64,000 bases of DNA from NCBI RefSeq assembly GCF_009834535.1, contig NC_045696.1, positions 17,672,001 through 17,736,000 of the forward strand. The letters run 5' to 3'. Below the pieces are notes generated by a model, which did not search any database, was not told the DNA's origin, and saw nothing but the letters and a program-made list of their open reading frames with translations. Shown here piece after piece: positions 1 through 11,835 of the stretch (within the stretch, counting starts at the first letter, position 1; the number at the start of each line of letters is the position of its first letter). The translations under genes and the position numbers were made by a program. The DNA is from Camelus ferus (taxonomy: Eukaryota).

Positions 1-878
1 ACATAGCTTATGGAATACTACTAGGCAATGAAAAGTAATACACCATTTAGACACACAACATCTTGGATGGATCTCAAAGTCAATACACTGAAAAAAAAAT
101 TAGTCTCAAGAGGTGACATAATAAAGGATTCCCTTTACATAAAATGATTTAGATGACAAATTTATGGAGCTAGAAAGCAGATTAGTGGTTGTTAGAAAGG
201 TTAAATGTTGAAGAGACCCAGGAAAGCTGAGGGTTTGGTTCCCATCTGAGTCTGAAGGTCAGGAGAGCGAGGAGAGCCAAGGCTGTAAGTTCCAGTCAAA
301 ATTTGAATCCAGAGGCAGAAGACTGATGCCCCAGGTCACAGAGAGTCACACAAAGAGGAAGATATTGAGTCTTTTACTCAGCCTTTTATTCTACTAAGGT
401 CATCTGTGGATGGGATGAGGCCCACCCTCACTAGGGAGGGCAGTCTGCTTTACCTGTCTACTGATTCAGATGTTAACCTCAATCCAGAATTTGCCTCATG
501 GACACGCCCATAATAATGGTTCACCAAACAACCTGCCACCTCATGGCTCACTCAGGCTGATGTAGAAAATTACCCATCACAAGGGTAGAGTGAGGAAGTG
601 AAGATGCCTGTGTCTCTAAAGAAGAAACTTGAGGGAGAGCTCTGTTGTGATAGAATATTCCTGTAACTCGATTGTTATGGTTATGAAACAAAGCCACACA
701 TGTGATAAAATGGATCACATGCAACACACAGTGTCATACCAATGCCAATTTCCTGGTTTGGATAATGTGCTACAGTTGCTTACCTACTGTGAGAAGCTGG
801 GTGAAAACTAAACCGATCTCTCTGTACTATTTCTTGAAAATGCTTATAAATCTATAATTACTTTTTAATTAAAAAATA
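1..878 (+). mobile_element. Old L1M (L1MC/ME-like) 3' UTR fragment, split by an MLT2 LTR
   Basis: Degenerate L1 3' UTR motifs: ATGGAATACTACTAGGCAATGAAAAG, GGATGGATCTCAAAG, AGCAGATTAGTGGTTG, TCTCTGTACTATTTCTTG...AAATCTATAATTACT, then an A-rich tail. Boundaries approximate. Confidence 0.7.
206..581 (-). mobile_element. MLT2B-like ERVL solo LTR (partial)
   Basis: GGATGAGGCCCACCC...GGGAGGGCAGTCTGCTTTAC...ATGTTAACCTC...AAAATTACCCATCACA matches my recollection of the MLT2B consensus. Confidence 0.75.
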
Positions 879-2292
879 ACTTTTCACATTTCTTATTTAA
901 AGTGTGATCAGATTGTTTCAAGCATTGAGAAAAAAAGCTATCTGAAAAGTCATATTCAAGATGCAATATAATATATACTGTATTTTTCTTAAGCATTGCC
1001 ATCCTAGTTAGCGAAATTATTAAATGTGACTTAACACGATATTAAAAACTTGTCAATGACCTGGAAATGAATGTTTGCAGTTCTCCAGAAGAGCATTTTA
1101 CTTAGTTCAAGTTTTTAAGTGTGTTTTATATATTTTTAAAATCTACAGACATTAAAGATAATTTCCTCTTTGGGATGGTTCAACGTATCTTGAAACCAAA
1201 TAGAGGTAGCAACCTGTTTTCCCAAAATCATACTTATTAGTTGTTGGGGTGATGTATGAGCTATTATCACGCTGGAAGGTGATTTGATGTCAGATTTAGT
1301 CCCAGGTTTCTATTATTCCCTGATTTTACAACAGAGTTGCTTGCCAATGGGAAGGATCCATTAGCCCACTGGGAATGAAAAGCAAAGAGGATTAGAAACT
1401 TGAAGCTAAGCTACCCGCATGGAACAGAGAGCAGACTAGGGAATTTTTTTTCTAAATGATTAAAACATATAGATGGCAATACAATTATAAGGGTTCTGTC
1501 TAAAGCAAAGGAGATTGCTTATCTGTAGTTGATGTTTGCTGACCTGACAGCCTTTTCAAGGGGAATCCAGGTCAACAGCTTTATCCACTGACTTTGATTT
1601 TTTCTTGCATTTGAGAGAAATGAAACAATAAGACACAAAACAAAAGGCGGTACTGCAGATGAAAACAAAAAAGTTACAATCTAAAGCTTTGGGTTTATAT
1701 CTTATGTTTTTCATGGTCCTAATCCACATGAGATGTAATTTCTGATTAATGCAATAGCGAGCAAATAAAGCAAACCTGAAGCATGAAAAAGTGAATTTTG
1801 CAATTACTGTAACAGAATAACCTCAGCAAGAACAGGGGTTTCCAGGTTGCTTATGTTTCTGGGAAATATTGACAAGTGGAAAGAGGGCTCTGGGGGTAAG
1901 CAGTTGCCTGAGTTTTATTCTCTTCTGTCTAACTTTTTAGTATCTTCTTAAATGTAAAAATTGAATGAAAACCTTCAGGGGTCACTGTTGTCTTTATAAA
2001 CCAGATAATGTAGCACATAGCTTGGGTTGTCTCTCTGTGTGATGGCTTTAAGATCCTGATTTTTATAGAATCCTGTCCTAGGTAATTGTGTGTAGTCCCA
2101 AAAATGATTATATCTGTAGGCATATTCATCTGATGTATATTTTTGTCATCTCTTGCTTGACATGCCTACGTCTCTGGTGATCACTTTTTACTCTTTTAAA
2201 ACCATCTCCCAGGCAGTGGCCTTGTGCACATATCATTATATCATAGGCCAAGTCATACTTTGAATCCTCCCCCCTAACATTTTTATGCACAG

Positions 2293-2295
<3 letters not shown>

Positions 2296-2328
<33 letters not shown>
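2296..2328. repeat. (CA)n microsatellite
   Basis: Directly visible. Confidence 0.95.
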
Positions 2329-2330
<2 letters not shown>

Positions 2331-4056
2331 GCACAAATATGCCATTCACTAAAGAAAATCCAGAATGAGACTATAGGATAAAAACATTAAAAAAAATTTT
2401 TTTTGAAATATTTGAAACATTAGAGTGAAATTAAAATGCAAAAAATAAATAAAAGCACAGACATGCACAAACTGGTTACTAGGTTTTACTGTTCTTTCTC
2501 CACCAGAATCCTTTAGTTTTTGCTGCACTCATCCATCCGCTTTTTCCAGTCACTCACCATTTCTCAACAGTTGGTTTTCACTTTACAGGAGTCCAGTTCA
2601 AATGTTTTGTCCTTCTCTGGAGTTCAAGCTCCAATCCTTGTATTCAGAGAGAAAAAGTCCTTCCTAGGCCCAGACTAAAACCTGCTGCCTTGGTTTACCC
2701 TGAACGATTGAGCTTTGAAACACCACTTCCATCAGGGGAAATCACTAGTCTGACTCCTAAATGTTTTATGTGGCCTAGGGCAGGCTAGGCCATCACAGTT
2801 GTATGATGTATCTTTCTAAGACAGCAGTAAGGCTTCTCTGAGAATATTCTGCGGGTTTGAATAAACTCAACAAAGTGGTCCATCTCTTCACTGAGGGAGG
2901 GTCTGTCCAGAGACAACCTCAACTTCCACCCAGGAAGGTTTATTCATTTATTTATTTTTTGTTTGCTTTAGTTTTTATAGCTGTAAAATGTAACGTTAAG
3001 GATCTGTCTCTAACAAAAAAATCAATTGCTGACAACTTTAATAGTTTGTCCCTGCTATGAAATGGGTTGTATACTAATGCTGTATTTTTTGTTTTGTTTT
3101 GTTTTTTGGTAGTTATTTAATCAATATATATTCGGTTTTAAAAGTGTTCTGCCTGGAAAAATCATGTCAGTTATAAAGTTGTCTAAAGTCAGTGAAAGTC
3201 AAGATTCTCTTACTTCTGCATGTCCACCTTTGGTGTTTATTTCAAGTACATTTTGGGGGGATATTGCATTATAAGTGACAGCTAATTTTGTGATAGAAAT
3301 CATTAAGAATGGATGGAATTGAAAGGTGAAATATACTTTTTCTGTAGATCTGAAGATTAAAATAAATACTACTTGCAGATAGTCTTTAGAGACACCGAGT
3401 AAAGAATTAACTAGCAAGTCTCATTACTAAGATTTCACATGCTAGACCCAACCCTAGGCTATGTGCTGTCGGTTAAATACTATTTAAATTTTAGAGACGC
3501 CTTTGGCATTCAAAAGCTCAGTCATTCTTTTTGGAAATGTCATATTCCTCATAAACTTTAATGTGCATTTCTGAAAACCTTAAATGTTTTAGGCTTAAAA
3601 AAGAAGCAGATTAATTTCTTAGAAAAATCTGCTTCCTGAATGATACACAACCTATAGCAGCATCTTGGCAAACAAGGGTTTTACTTGCTTTCTGCAGTGA
3701 AAAATATAAATATGTCATGTGTTTGATGAAAGAAGTTTTTTTAACATATTTTATTGATTTATAATCATTTTACAATGTTGTGTCAAATTCCAGTGTTCAG
3801 CACAATTTTTCAGTCATTCATGGACATATACACACTCATTGTCACATTTTTTTCTCTGTGAGTTATCATAACATTTTGTGTATATTTCCCTGTGCTATAC
3901 AGTGTAATCTATTCTACAATTTTGAAATCCCAGTCTATCCCTTCCCACCCTCCACCCCCCTGGCAACCACAAGTCTGTATTCTCTGTCTGTGAGTCTATT
4001 TCTGTCCTGTATTTATGCTTTGTTTTTGTTTGTTTGTTTGTTTTTGTTTTTGTTTT

Positions 4057-7000
4057 TTAGATTCCACATATGAGCGATCTCATATGGTATTTTTCTTTCT
4101 CTTTCTGGCTTACTTCACTTAGAATGACATTCTCCAGGAGCATCCATGTTGCTGCAAATGGCATTATGTTGTCGGTTTTTATGGCTGAGTAGTATTCCAT
4201 TGTATAAATATACCACCTCTTCTTTATCCGGTCACCTGTTGATGGACATTTAGGCTGTTTCCATGTTTTGGCTATTGTAAATAGTGCTACTATGAACATT
4301 GGGGTGCAGGTGTCATCCTGAAGTAGATTTCCTTCTGGATACAAGCCCAGGAGTGGGATTCCTGGGTCATATGGTAAGTCTATTCCTAGTCTTTTGAGGA
4401 ATCTCCACACTGTTTTCCATAGTGGCTGCACCAAACTGCATTCCCACCAGCAGTGTAGGAGGGTTCCCCTTTCTCCACAGCCTCGCCAGCATTTGTCATT
4501 TGTGGATTTTTGAATGACGGCCATTCTGACTGATGTGAGGTGATACCTCATTGTAGTTTTGATTTGCATTTCTCTGATAATTAGTGATATTGAGCATTTT
4601 TTCATGTGCTTTTTGATCATTTGTATGTCTTCCTTGGAGAATTGCTTGTTTAGGTCTTCTGCCCATTTTTGGATTGGGTTGTTTATTTTTTTCTTATTGA
4701 GTCGTATGAGCTGCTTATATATTCTGGAGATCAAGCCTTTGTCAGGTTTCACTTGCAAAAATTTTCTCCCATTCCATAGGTTTTCTTCTTGTTTTACTTC
4801 TGGTTTCCTTTGCTGTGCAGAAGCTTGTAAGTTTCATTAGGTCCCATTTGTTTATTCTTGCTTTTATTTCTTCTAGGAGAAAATTTTTGAGATGTATGTC
4901 AGATAATGTTTTGCCTATGTTTTCCTCTAGGAGGTTTATTGTATCTTGTCTTATGTTTAAGTCTTTAATCCATTTTGAGTTGATTTTTGTATATGGTGTA
5001 AGGGAGTGTTCTAGCTTCATTGTTTTACATGCTGCTGTCCAGTTTTCCCAACACCATTTGCTGAAGAGACTGTCTTTATTCCAATTGTATATTCTTGCCT
5101 CCATTGTCGAAGATGAGTTGACCAAAAGTTTCTGGGTTCATTTCTGGGCTCTCTATTCTGTTCCATTGGTCTATATGTCTGTTTTGGTACCAATACCATG
5201 CTGTCTTGATGACTGTAGCTCTATAGTATTGTCTGAAGTCTGGGAGAGTTATTCCTCCAGCCTCTTTCTCTTCAGTAATGCTTTGGCAATTCTAGGTCTT
5301 TGATGGTTCCATATAATTTTATTATGATTTTTTCTAGTTCTGTGAAATATGTCCTGGGTAATTGGATAGGGATTGCATTAAGTCTGTAGATTGCCTTGGG
5401 CAGTGTGACCATTTTAACAATATTGATTCTTCCAATCCAAGAGCATGGAATATCTTTCCATTTTTTAAAGTCTTCTTTAATTTCCTTTATCAATGGTTTA
5501 TAGTTCTCTGTGTATAATTCTTTCACCTCCTTGGTTAGATTTATTCCCAGATATTTTATTACTTTGGGTGCTATTTTAAAGGGGATTGTTTCTTTACTTT
5601 CTTCTTCTGTTGATTTATCGTTAGTGTAAAGAAATGCAACTGATTTTTGAATGTTAATTTTGTAACCTGCTACCTTGCTGAATTCTTCAATCAGCTCTAG
5701 TAGCTTTTGTGTGGACCTTTTAGGGTTTTCTATATATAGTAACATGTCATCAGCATATAATGACACTTTTACCTCTTCTTTTCCGATTTGGATCCCTTTT
5801 ATTTCTTTCTCTTGCCTGACTGCTGTGGCTAGGACTTCCAGGACTATGTTGAATAGGAGTGGTGATAGTGGGCATCCTTGTCTTGTCCCAGATTTTAGTG
5901 GGAAGCTTTTGAGTTTTTCACCGTTGAGTACTATGCTGGCTGTAGGTTTGTCATATATAGCTTTTATTATGTTGAGATATGTTCCCTCTATACCCACTTT
6001 GGCGAGAGCTTTTATCATAAATGGGTGTTGAATTTTATCAAATGCTTTTTCTGCATCGATTGAGATGATCATGTGGTTTTTGTCCTTTCTCTCTGTTGAT
6101 GTGATGTATTACACTTGATTGATTTGCGTATGTTGAACCAGGCCTTGTGTCCCTGGGATGAACCCCACTTGGTCATGATGTATGAATCTTTTTTATGTGT
6201 TGTTGGATTCTATTTGCTAAAATTTTGGTGAGGATTTTGGCGTCTATGTTCATCAGTGGATATTGGCCTATAATTCTCTTTTTTTGTAGTGTCTTTGCCT
6301 GGTTTTGGTATCAGGGTGATGGTGGCTTCATAGAATGAGTTTGGGAGTATTCCCTCCTTTTCAATTGTCTGGAAGAGTTTGAGAAGGACTGGTACGAGTT
6401 CTTCTTTGTATGTTTGGTAGAATTCCCCGGTGAAGCCGTCTGGTCCTGGACTTTTATTTCGTAGGGAGGTTTTTAATTGCTATTTCTATTTCCTTTCTAG
6501 TGATCGGATTGTTCAAGTGTTCAGATTCTTCTTGATTCAGTTTTGGTGGACCGTATGTTTCCAGAAACTTGTCCATCTCCTCTGGGTTATCCAGTTTGGT
6601 TCCATATAGTTTTTCATAATATTCTCGTATGATATTCTGTATTTCTATTTTGTTTGTTGTAATTTCTCCATTTTCCTCTCTTATTTTGCTAATTTGTGCT
6701 CTCTCTTTTTCTTCTTTGTGAGTTTGGCCAGAGGTTTGTCGATTTTATTTACTTTTTCAAAAAACCAGCTTTTGGTTTGGTTGATTTTTTCTATGGTCTT
6801 GTTAATCTCTATTGTATTTAATTCCTCTCTGATCTTTATTATTTCCTTCCTTCTGCTGCTTTTTGGGGCTTTTTGTTCTTCTTTTTCTAATTCATTCAGG
6901 TGGTGGGTTAAATTGTTTATTTGAGATTGTTCTTCTTTTTTGAGGAAGGCCTGTATCGCTATAAACTTCCCTCTAGCACTGCCTTTGCTGTGTCCCATAG

Positions 7001-7855
7001 GTTTTGAGTGGTTGTGCTTTCATTATCATTTGTCTCAAGGTATTTTTTAATTTCAGCTTTGATTTCCTCATTGATCCATTGTTTTTTCAATAACATATTG
7101 TTTAATCTCCATGCTTTCCTTTTTTTCTCCTTTGTTTCTCTGTTGTTGATTTCCAGTTTCATGGCATTGTGGTCAGTAAAGATGCTTGAGATAATTTCTA
7201 TCTTCTTAAAATTGTTGAGGTTTCTTTTGTGCCCAAGTACACGATCGATCCTGGAAAATGTTCCATGTGCACTTGAAAAGAATGTATATCCTATTTTTGG
7301 GGGGTGTAATGCTCTGAAAATATCCACCAAATCTAGTTTTTCTATTGTAGTATTTAATTTCTCTGTTGCCTTGTTTATTTTCTGTCTGGAAGATCTGTCT
7401 CGTGATGTTAATGCAGTGTTAAAATCTCCAACTATGATTGTATTCCCATCAATATCCCCCTTTATCTCTGTTAGTAATTCTTGTATGTACTTAGGTGCTC
7501 CTATATTGGGTGCATATATATTAACGAGTGTAATATCCTCATCTTGTATCACTCCTTTAATCATTATAAAATGTCCTTCTTTATCTTTCTTTATGGCCTT
7601 TGTTTTAAAGTCTATTTTGTCTGAAATCAGTACTGCAACACCTGCTTTTTTGGCTTTTCCATTTGCATGGAATGTCCTTTTCCATCCTTTCACACTCAAT
7701 CTATATGTGTCCCTCTCCCTAAAGTGGGTCTCTTGTATGCAGCATATTGAAGGTTCTTGCTTTATTATCCATTCTGCCACTCTATGTCTTTTGACTGGAG
7801 CATTTAGTCCATTAACATTTACAGTAATTAATGATAGATGTGTGTTTATTGCCAT
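4057..7855 (-). pseudogene. L1 ORF2p (APE endonuclease, reverse transcriptase, Cys-rich C-terminus), frameshifted in this assembly
   Basis: Collinear ORF pieces: 6959-7855 (NVNGLN, CIQETH, GDFNT, FSRID, TDHN: endonuclease); 6681-6998; 5272-6072 ([23 protein letters not shown]); 4742-5199; 4057-4758 ([19 protein letters not shown]-domain). Confidence 0.96.
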
Positions 7856-8259
7856 TTTGAACTTATCTTTGCAGTTGAATTGGTATATCCTCTTTGTTCC
7901 TTTCTTCTTCCTTTTGTGGTTTGGTAATTTTCCTTTGTATTATCATGGATTTTATTTAGTTTTTGTGACTCCTTTGTAAATTTTTGGCTTGTGGTTACCC
8001 TTTTTTGTAAATCTATCAACCCATTACTATAACTGTTTTTATTAAACTGATAGTAACATCATCTCAAACCCATCCTACTGTTAAAAAAATTTTAAAAAGA
8101 AAGAAAAAAATATTCTATGTTTCCCTGCCTCCCTCTCCCACTCTCAGTGATTTGTATGTCTTCTTTTATAATTTCATGTTTACTTTATTTGTAATTCATG
8201 AGTTATCACCTTTCCAGTTGTGTGTTTCTCATTTCTGTAGCATCCTGCTGCTTTTCTAT

Positions 8260-8653
8260 TTAGAATAGCCCTTTCATTATTTCTTTTAGCATGGGTTTAG
8301 TGTTGCTAAACTCCTGCAGCTTTTTTTTTTGTCTGTGAAACTCTTTATTTCTCCTTCTAGCCTCAAGGATAGCCTTGCTGGATAAAGGATCCTAGGCTGC
8401 ATCTTTTTTTCATTCAGGGCTTTGAATATATCTTGCCACTCCCTTCTGGCCTGTAGTGTTTGTGTAGAGAAATCAGCTGAGAGCCTTATGGGGGTTCCCT
8501 TGTAACTTACTCTTTGCTTTTCTCTTGCTGCCTTTAGAATCATTTCTTTATCCTTGACTCTGGCCATCTTGATTATGATGTGTCTTGGTGTGGGTCTATT
8601 TGGGTTCTTCCTGTTTGGGACCCTCTGAGCTTCCTGTACTTGGATATGTGTTC
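8260..8653 (-). pseudogene. L1 ORF1p remnant (part of RRM plus CTD only)
   Basis: Reads THIQVQEAQRVP...PRHIIIKM...YKGTPIRLSADFS...ARREW...YPARLS. After a slip in an A-run it continues KLQEFSNTKPMLKEIMKGLF* (TAA at 8262-8260). The N-terminus and coiled coil are absent. Confidence 0.93.
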
Positions 8654-9627
8654 CTGCCCGAAAGGCGGGGGGCCGCTCTCGCTCTACCTGCGCCGCCGCC
8701 GGTAGCTCCGCTGCTCTGTGCGGCTGCGCGCTGCGCCCTGATCGGCACTCTGCAGGTGGGCTCGGGGAAGACCGAGGGACAGCCCTGTCCCTGCTCCGAG
8801 CAAAAACCCAGTTCCTTGTTTGTCTTTGTGGAGCAAGTTCTCTGAGGGACCAGGATGGAAGGATCCTATCTGCCCCAGGCTGCAGGCCAGTCTCAGTCTG
8901 ACCTTTGAGGCTGCTAAGCCCTTCGGTGCGGATGCAGGTTTCGCCCCCGCCCCCGCCTGAGTGCTCAGCGCGGAGGATTTGGCGGCTGTGCCTGAGCCCC
9001 GCCTCTCTTACCCCGAAAACTTTCCGCGGGTTTTCAGAGATGGGGGTGTGCACCCTTCCCCCGAGAGCACATCAACCTTGCTGTTTTATGGAGGGCCCAG
9101 GTTGTTCTGCCCTGTGCACCCACAGCCACGGCGCGCAGCCCCTTGCGTTCCCCCGGGGCTGCCTCCGTGCAGCCACTTCCGTCCTCCGCCCGGCTTGTGC
9201 AGCCTGGCCCTGCCCGCCACTGCTGGCCCGCGTCTCAGGCTGGGTGTCTGGGGGACGCTCTGTGCCCGTTTAACTTAGTTCTGTCAGTCAAGGGCTGCTC
9301 TGTACAGATCCGAGCCTCGGAGGCTCCCCCTCCGTCCCGCTGGCCTCTCAGTTGGAGAGGGGAGACCCAGCGAGCGAGCGCCAGTCCTCCTTTGCCACTC
9401 CCTCCCCGGGGGACCCGTCTGGCGCTGCTTTGCCTTTTGTTCTTTCTTTTTTCCTCTTCTCCTACCAGATTTTTGGCGTCTTTATCTTTTGAAGAGGGCG
9501 ATGTTCTGTCGGAGTTCCACAGGTGCTCTGGTTGGCTGAGTGGGTCTGTAGATGTGGGTCTTGGTGTATTTGTGGGAGAGGGTGACCTGCGAGCATCCTT
9601 CTACTCCGCCATCTTCTCCGTCCGTCC
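8654..9627 (-). promoter_or_regulatory. L1 5' UTR / internal Pol II promoter, CpG-island-like
   Basis: About 970 bp, GC- and CpG-rich. Starts GGACGGACGGAGAAGATGGCGGAG on the minus strand, containing the YY1-type AAGATGGCG motif typical of L1 5' ends. Confidence 0.85.
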
Positions 9628-10583
9628 GATGAAAGAAGTTTAAAGGCTTCTTGTGTCAAATTCATCTTATTTATTTAATTACACTTGTCTCTTGTTGACA
9701 GCATACTCGTTTTCGTTACATTGTTGTATTTTAGTAGACTATAAAATCATGCTCAATTATTTTTTTCATGCTGCAATCAGGGATGATCTGATCATTTCTA
9801 GCAAACCTGAGTCATTGTAAATCTCCCTCATCCCATCCCCCACCCCACCTTCTAGATTCGCTACAGTTACACACTCTCCTTTGGCTTGTTTTGCCTGGAG
9901 GAATAACTGTTCTCTGTCTTCATAACAGAATCTATCAAAGTGACCGTGCATCATGGCCCATCCAGGGAGAGTTATTCCAGAAAAATTGCTGATTGAAAAT
10001 AATGTGCAGAACCACTACTGATCATTGCTCCAGTAAATCTTTCTTTTTAGTAGCAAAGGGCCACTTGGTAACGGTGTAAAAATACGCATAGCCACAGAAC
10101 TGTAGTTTGTAATATAACTTTCTCCAAATGGTTCCTCTGAGGTCTTACACCAAGTTTTGCATATATTTTTAAAGAGAACATGGAAATCTGATAATAAATA
10201 TATTCACAATTGTATAGAAATGGTGAAAACTCATAGATTATCCTATGGCCAATTATCAGGGCCTTTTAAACGTTATTCAAAATAATTTTTACCTGAACTT
10301 TGAGAAATGTGACTAGACCTTGACAATTCTAACAACCAAGTTCCCTCTGTTTCAATTATATATCAACTGGTGATTTGACTGAGGTTGTTTTTGTAGTTGT
10401 GGTCTCTTAATCCTGAGAGTTCTCTTCTTCTGAACAAATAACTTTAGTTTCTTTTTTTGCATTTAAAAAATTATACACATTTTAATATTACTATTTAGGA
10501 GTGAAAACTTTTCTATATTTCAATAGTAAGCTAGAATGGTGTGAAATGGAAATGTTTAGAAACTGTACCATAAATCATAGGTC

Positions 10584-10622
10584 TCACACACACACACACA
10601 CACACACACATGCAAACACACA
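10584..10622. repeat. (CA)n microsatellite
   Basis: Directly visible. Confidence 0.9.
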
Positions 10623-10717
10623 CTTTTTATATTGCATTTAAGTACTTAATAAACAATTTTTTACATTGTGATTTCAATCATTCCTTTTACTGGTCTTCAA
10701 GAATTTCTTAAAAAAAC

Positions 10718-10929
10718 AGGGGTTCTCAAACAAGCAATGCTTCTCTCCCAGTGGATATTTGACAATGTCTTGAGATATTTTTGACTGTCACAACTGGAGG
10801 GTTGCTGTTGTCATCTAATGGGTAGAGGCCAAGGTTGTAGATAAACATCCCGTAATATATAGAACAGTCATCCACAACAAAGAATCACATAGTTTAAGAA
10901 ATCAATTGCACTGAGACTGAGGAATCTTG
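10718..10929. mobile_element. MER20-like hAT-Charlie MITE
   Basis: CAGGGGTTCTCAAA...GACAATGTCTTGAGATATTTTTGACTGTCACAACTGG...CATCTAATGGGTAGAGGCCAAGG...CACAACAAAGAAT. Confidence 0.8.
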
Positions 10930-11372
10930 CAACAAAGGAACATTTATCATAGTTTTGCAGAGAACTCTTGACTGAGACAGAAGAGACATTGCTAAACAAG
11001 AATACAGTCCTATTTAAGCACTTTATTATTCTACCTAAACAAACCACATATTCAAGTATGAATAATAAATAAATTTAAAATGATCCTGGAATTTTTTTTT
11101 GCTATTTACAGACACCTTTGACTGTCGTAAAAATTGGAGATAAAAATTCCTATTAAGGCAACAATTCCAACTATGAAACCATGTGAGTTATGTGAAGGTA
11201 TGTTTGAGAGATGAAGTTGTGTCTGTTTCTAATGTATAGCAAGACCTCAACAATTATCAAATATATGAATAATTAAATACATGAAATGCAACACAGTTTT
11301 TGAATCACAGAGAATAATATTAAAGCATAAGCACTCATCCAGTTGCTATCAAGAATGATATATTGAAAGCAA

Positions 11373-11835
11373 TGTGTTAGTGTATTTCCTTCTAGAAGCA
11401 AAATCCAAAATGAAATTAGACGTGCATGAGATTTATTGGGGGAAATGCCTGTTCAACATGGTGAGGGAGTAGGAGAAGGTGAGAAGAGGCGTCAGACCAA
11501 GTTGCCTTTCTGACAGCTGTGAAGGAGAGGGGCACGCAGGAGAGTTGTGTGGGAAGTGTCTTGGATTCTAGCACATTTCCAAGAAAGGTTTGATCAGGCC
11601 AGTGAGAAATTCTCAAGCCCAAATCTCCCATTTGAGGAGCTCCCTTTCTCGCAGTAGTGAAGCTGCGTTAGGATCCCCGCTGGGCAGGGTGGTCAACTAG
11701 AAGCAGCCCATGGGAGCATGACCTGATCAGGAATGTGGTGGCAGGTCCAGGAGGCAGCAGAGGGAGGGGGCTGCTGAGTGTCAATCTGTTCCCTGTAGCA
11801 GGAAGTGTGAGTAGAGAATATTTATAGCGGTTACA
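11373..11835 (-). mobile_element. LTR16-like ERVL solo LTR
   Basis: AGAAGCA...ATTAGACGTGCATGAGATTTATTGGGGGAAATGCCTG, with TG...CA-like ends. Subfamily from memory. Confidence 0.6.

Larger units (their letters stand above)
3739..9627 (-). mobile_element. Young LINE-1 with both termini, an internal deletion of the ORF1 N-terminal half, and a 14-bp TSD
   Basis: GATGAAAGAAGTTT occurs at 3725-3738 and 9628-9641. The minus-strand target reads TTT|AAAC, like an L1 endonuclease site. The element has a CpG-rich 5' UTR, an ORF1 C-terminus, ORF2 EN/RT/C-domain peptides, and a 3' UTR with AATAAA and a short poly(A). Confidence 0.97.

Noticed and set aside
7008..7979. 323-aa plus-strand ORF (also 4559-4840, 4815-5303, 5675-6031, 6694-6924)
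   Set aside because: These are antisense shadows of L1 ORF2, rich in F/L/S/I because of L1 strand bias. There is no independent evidence of coding.
8585..9665. Several ORFs across the L1 5' UTR, considered as ORF0-like candidates
   Set aside because: They are expected from high GC content, mostly have non-ATG starts, and show no recognisable homology.
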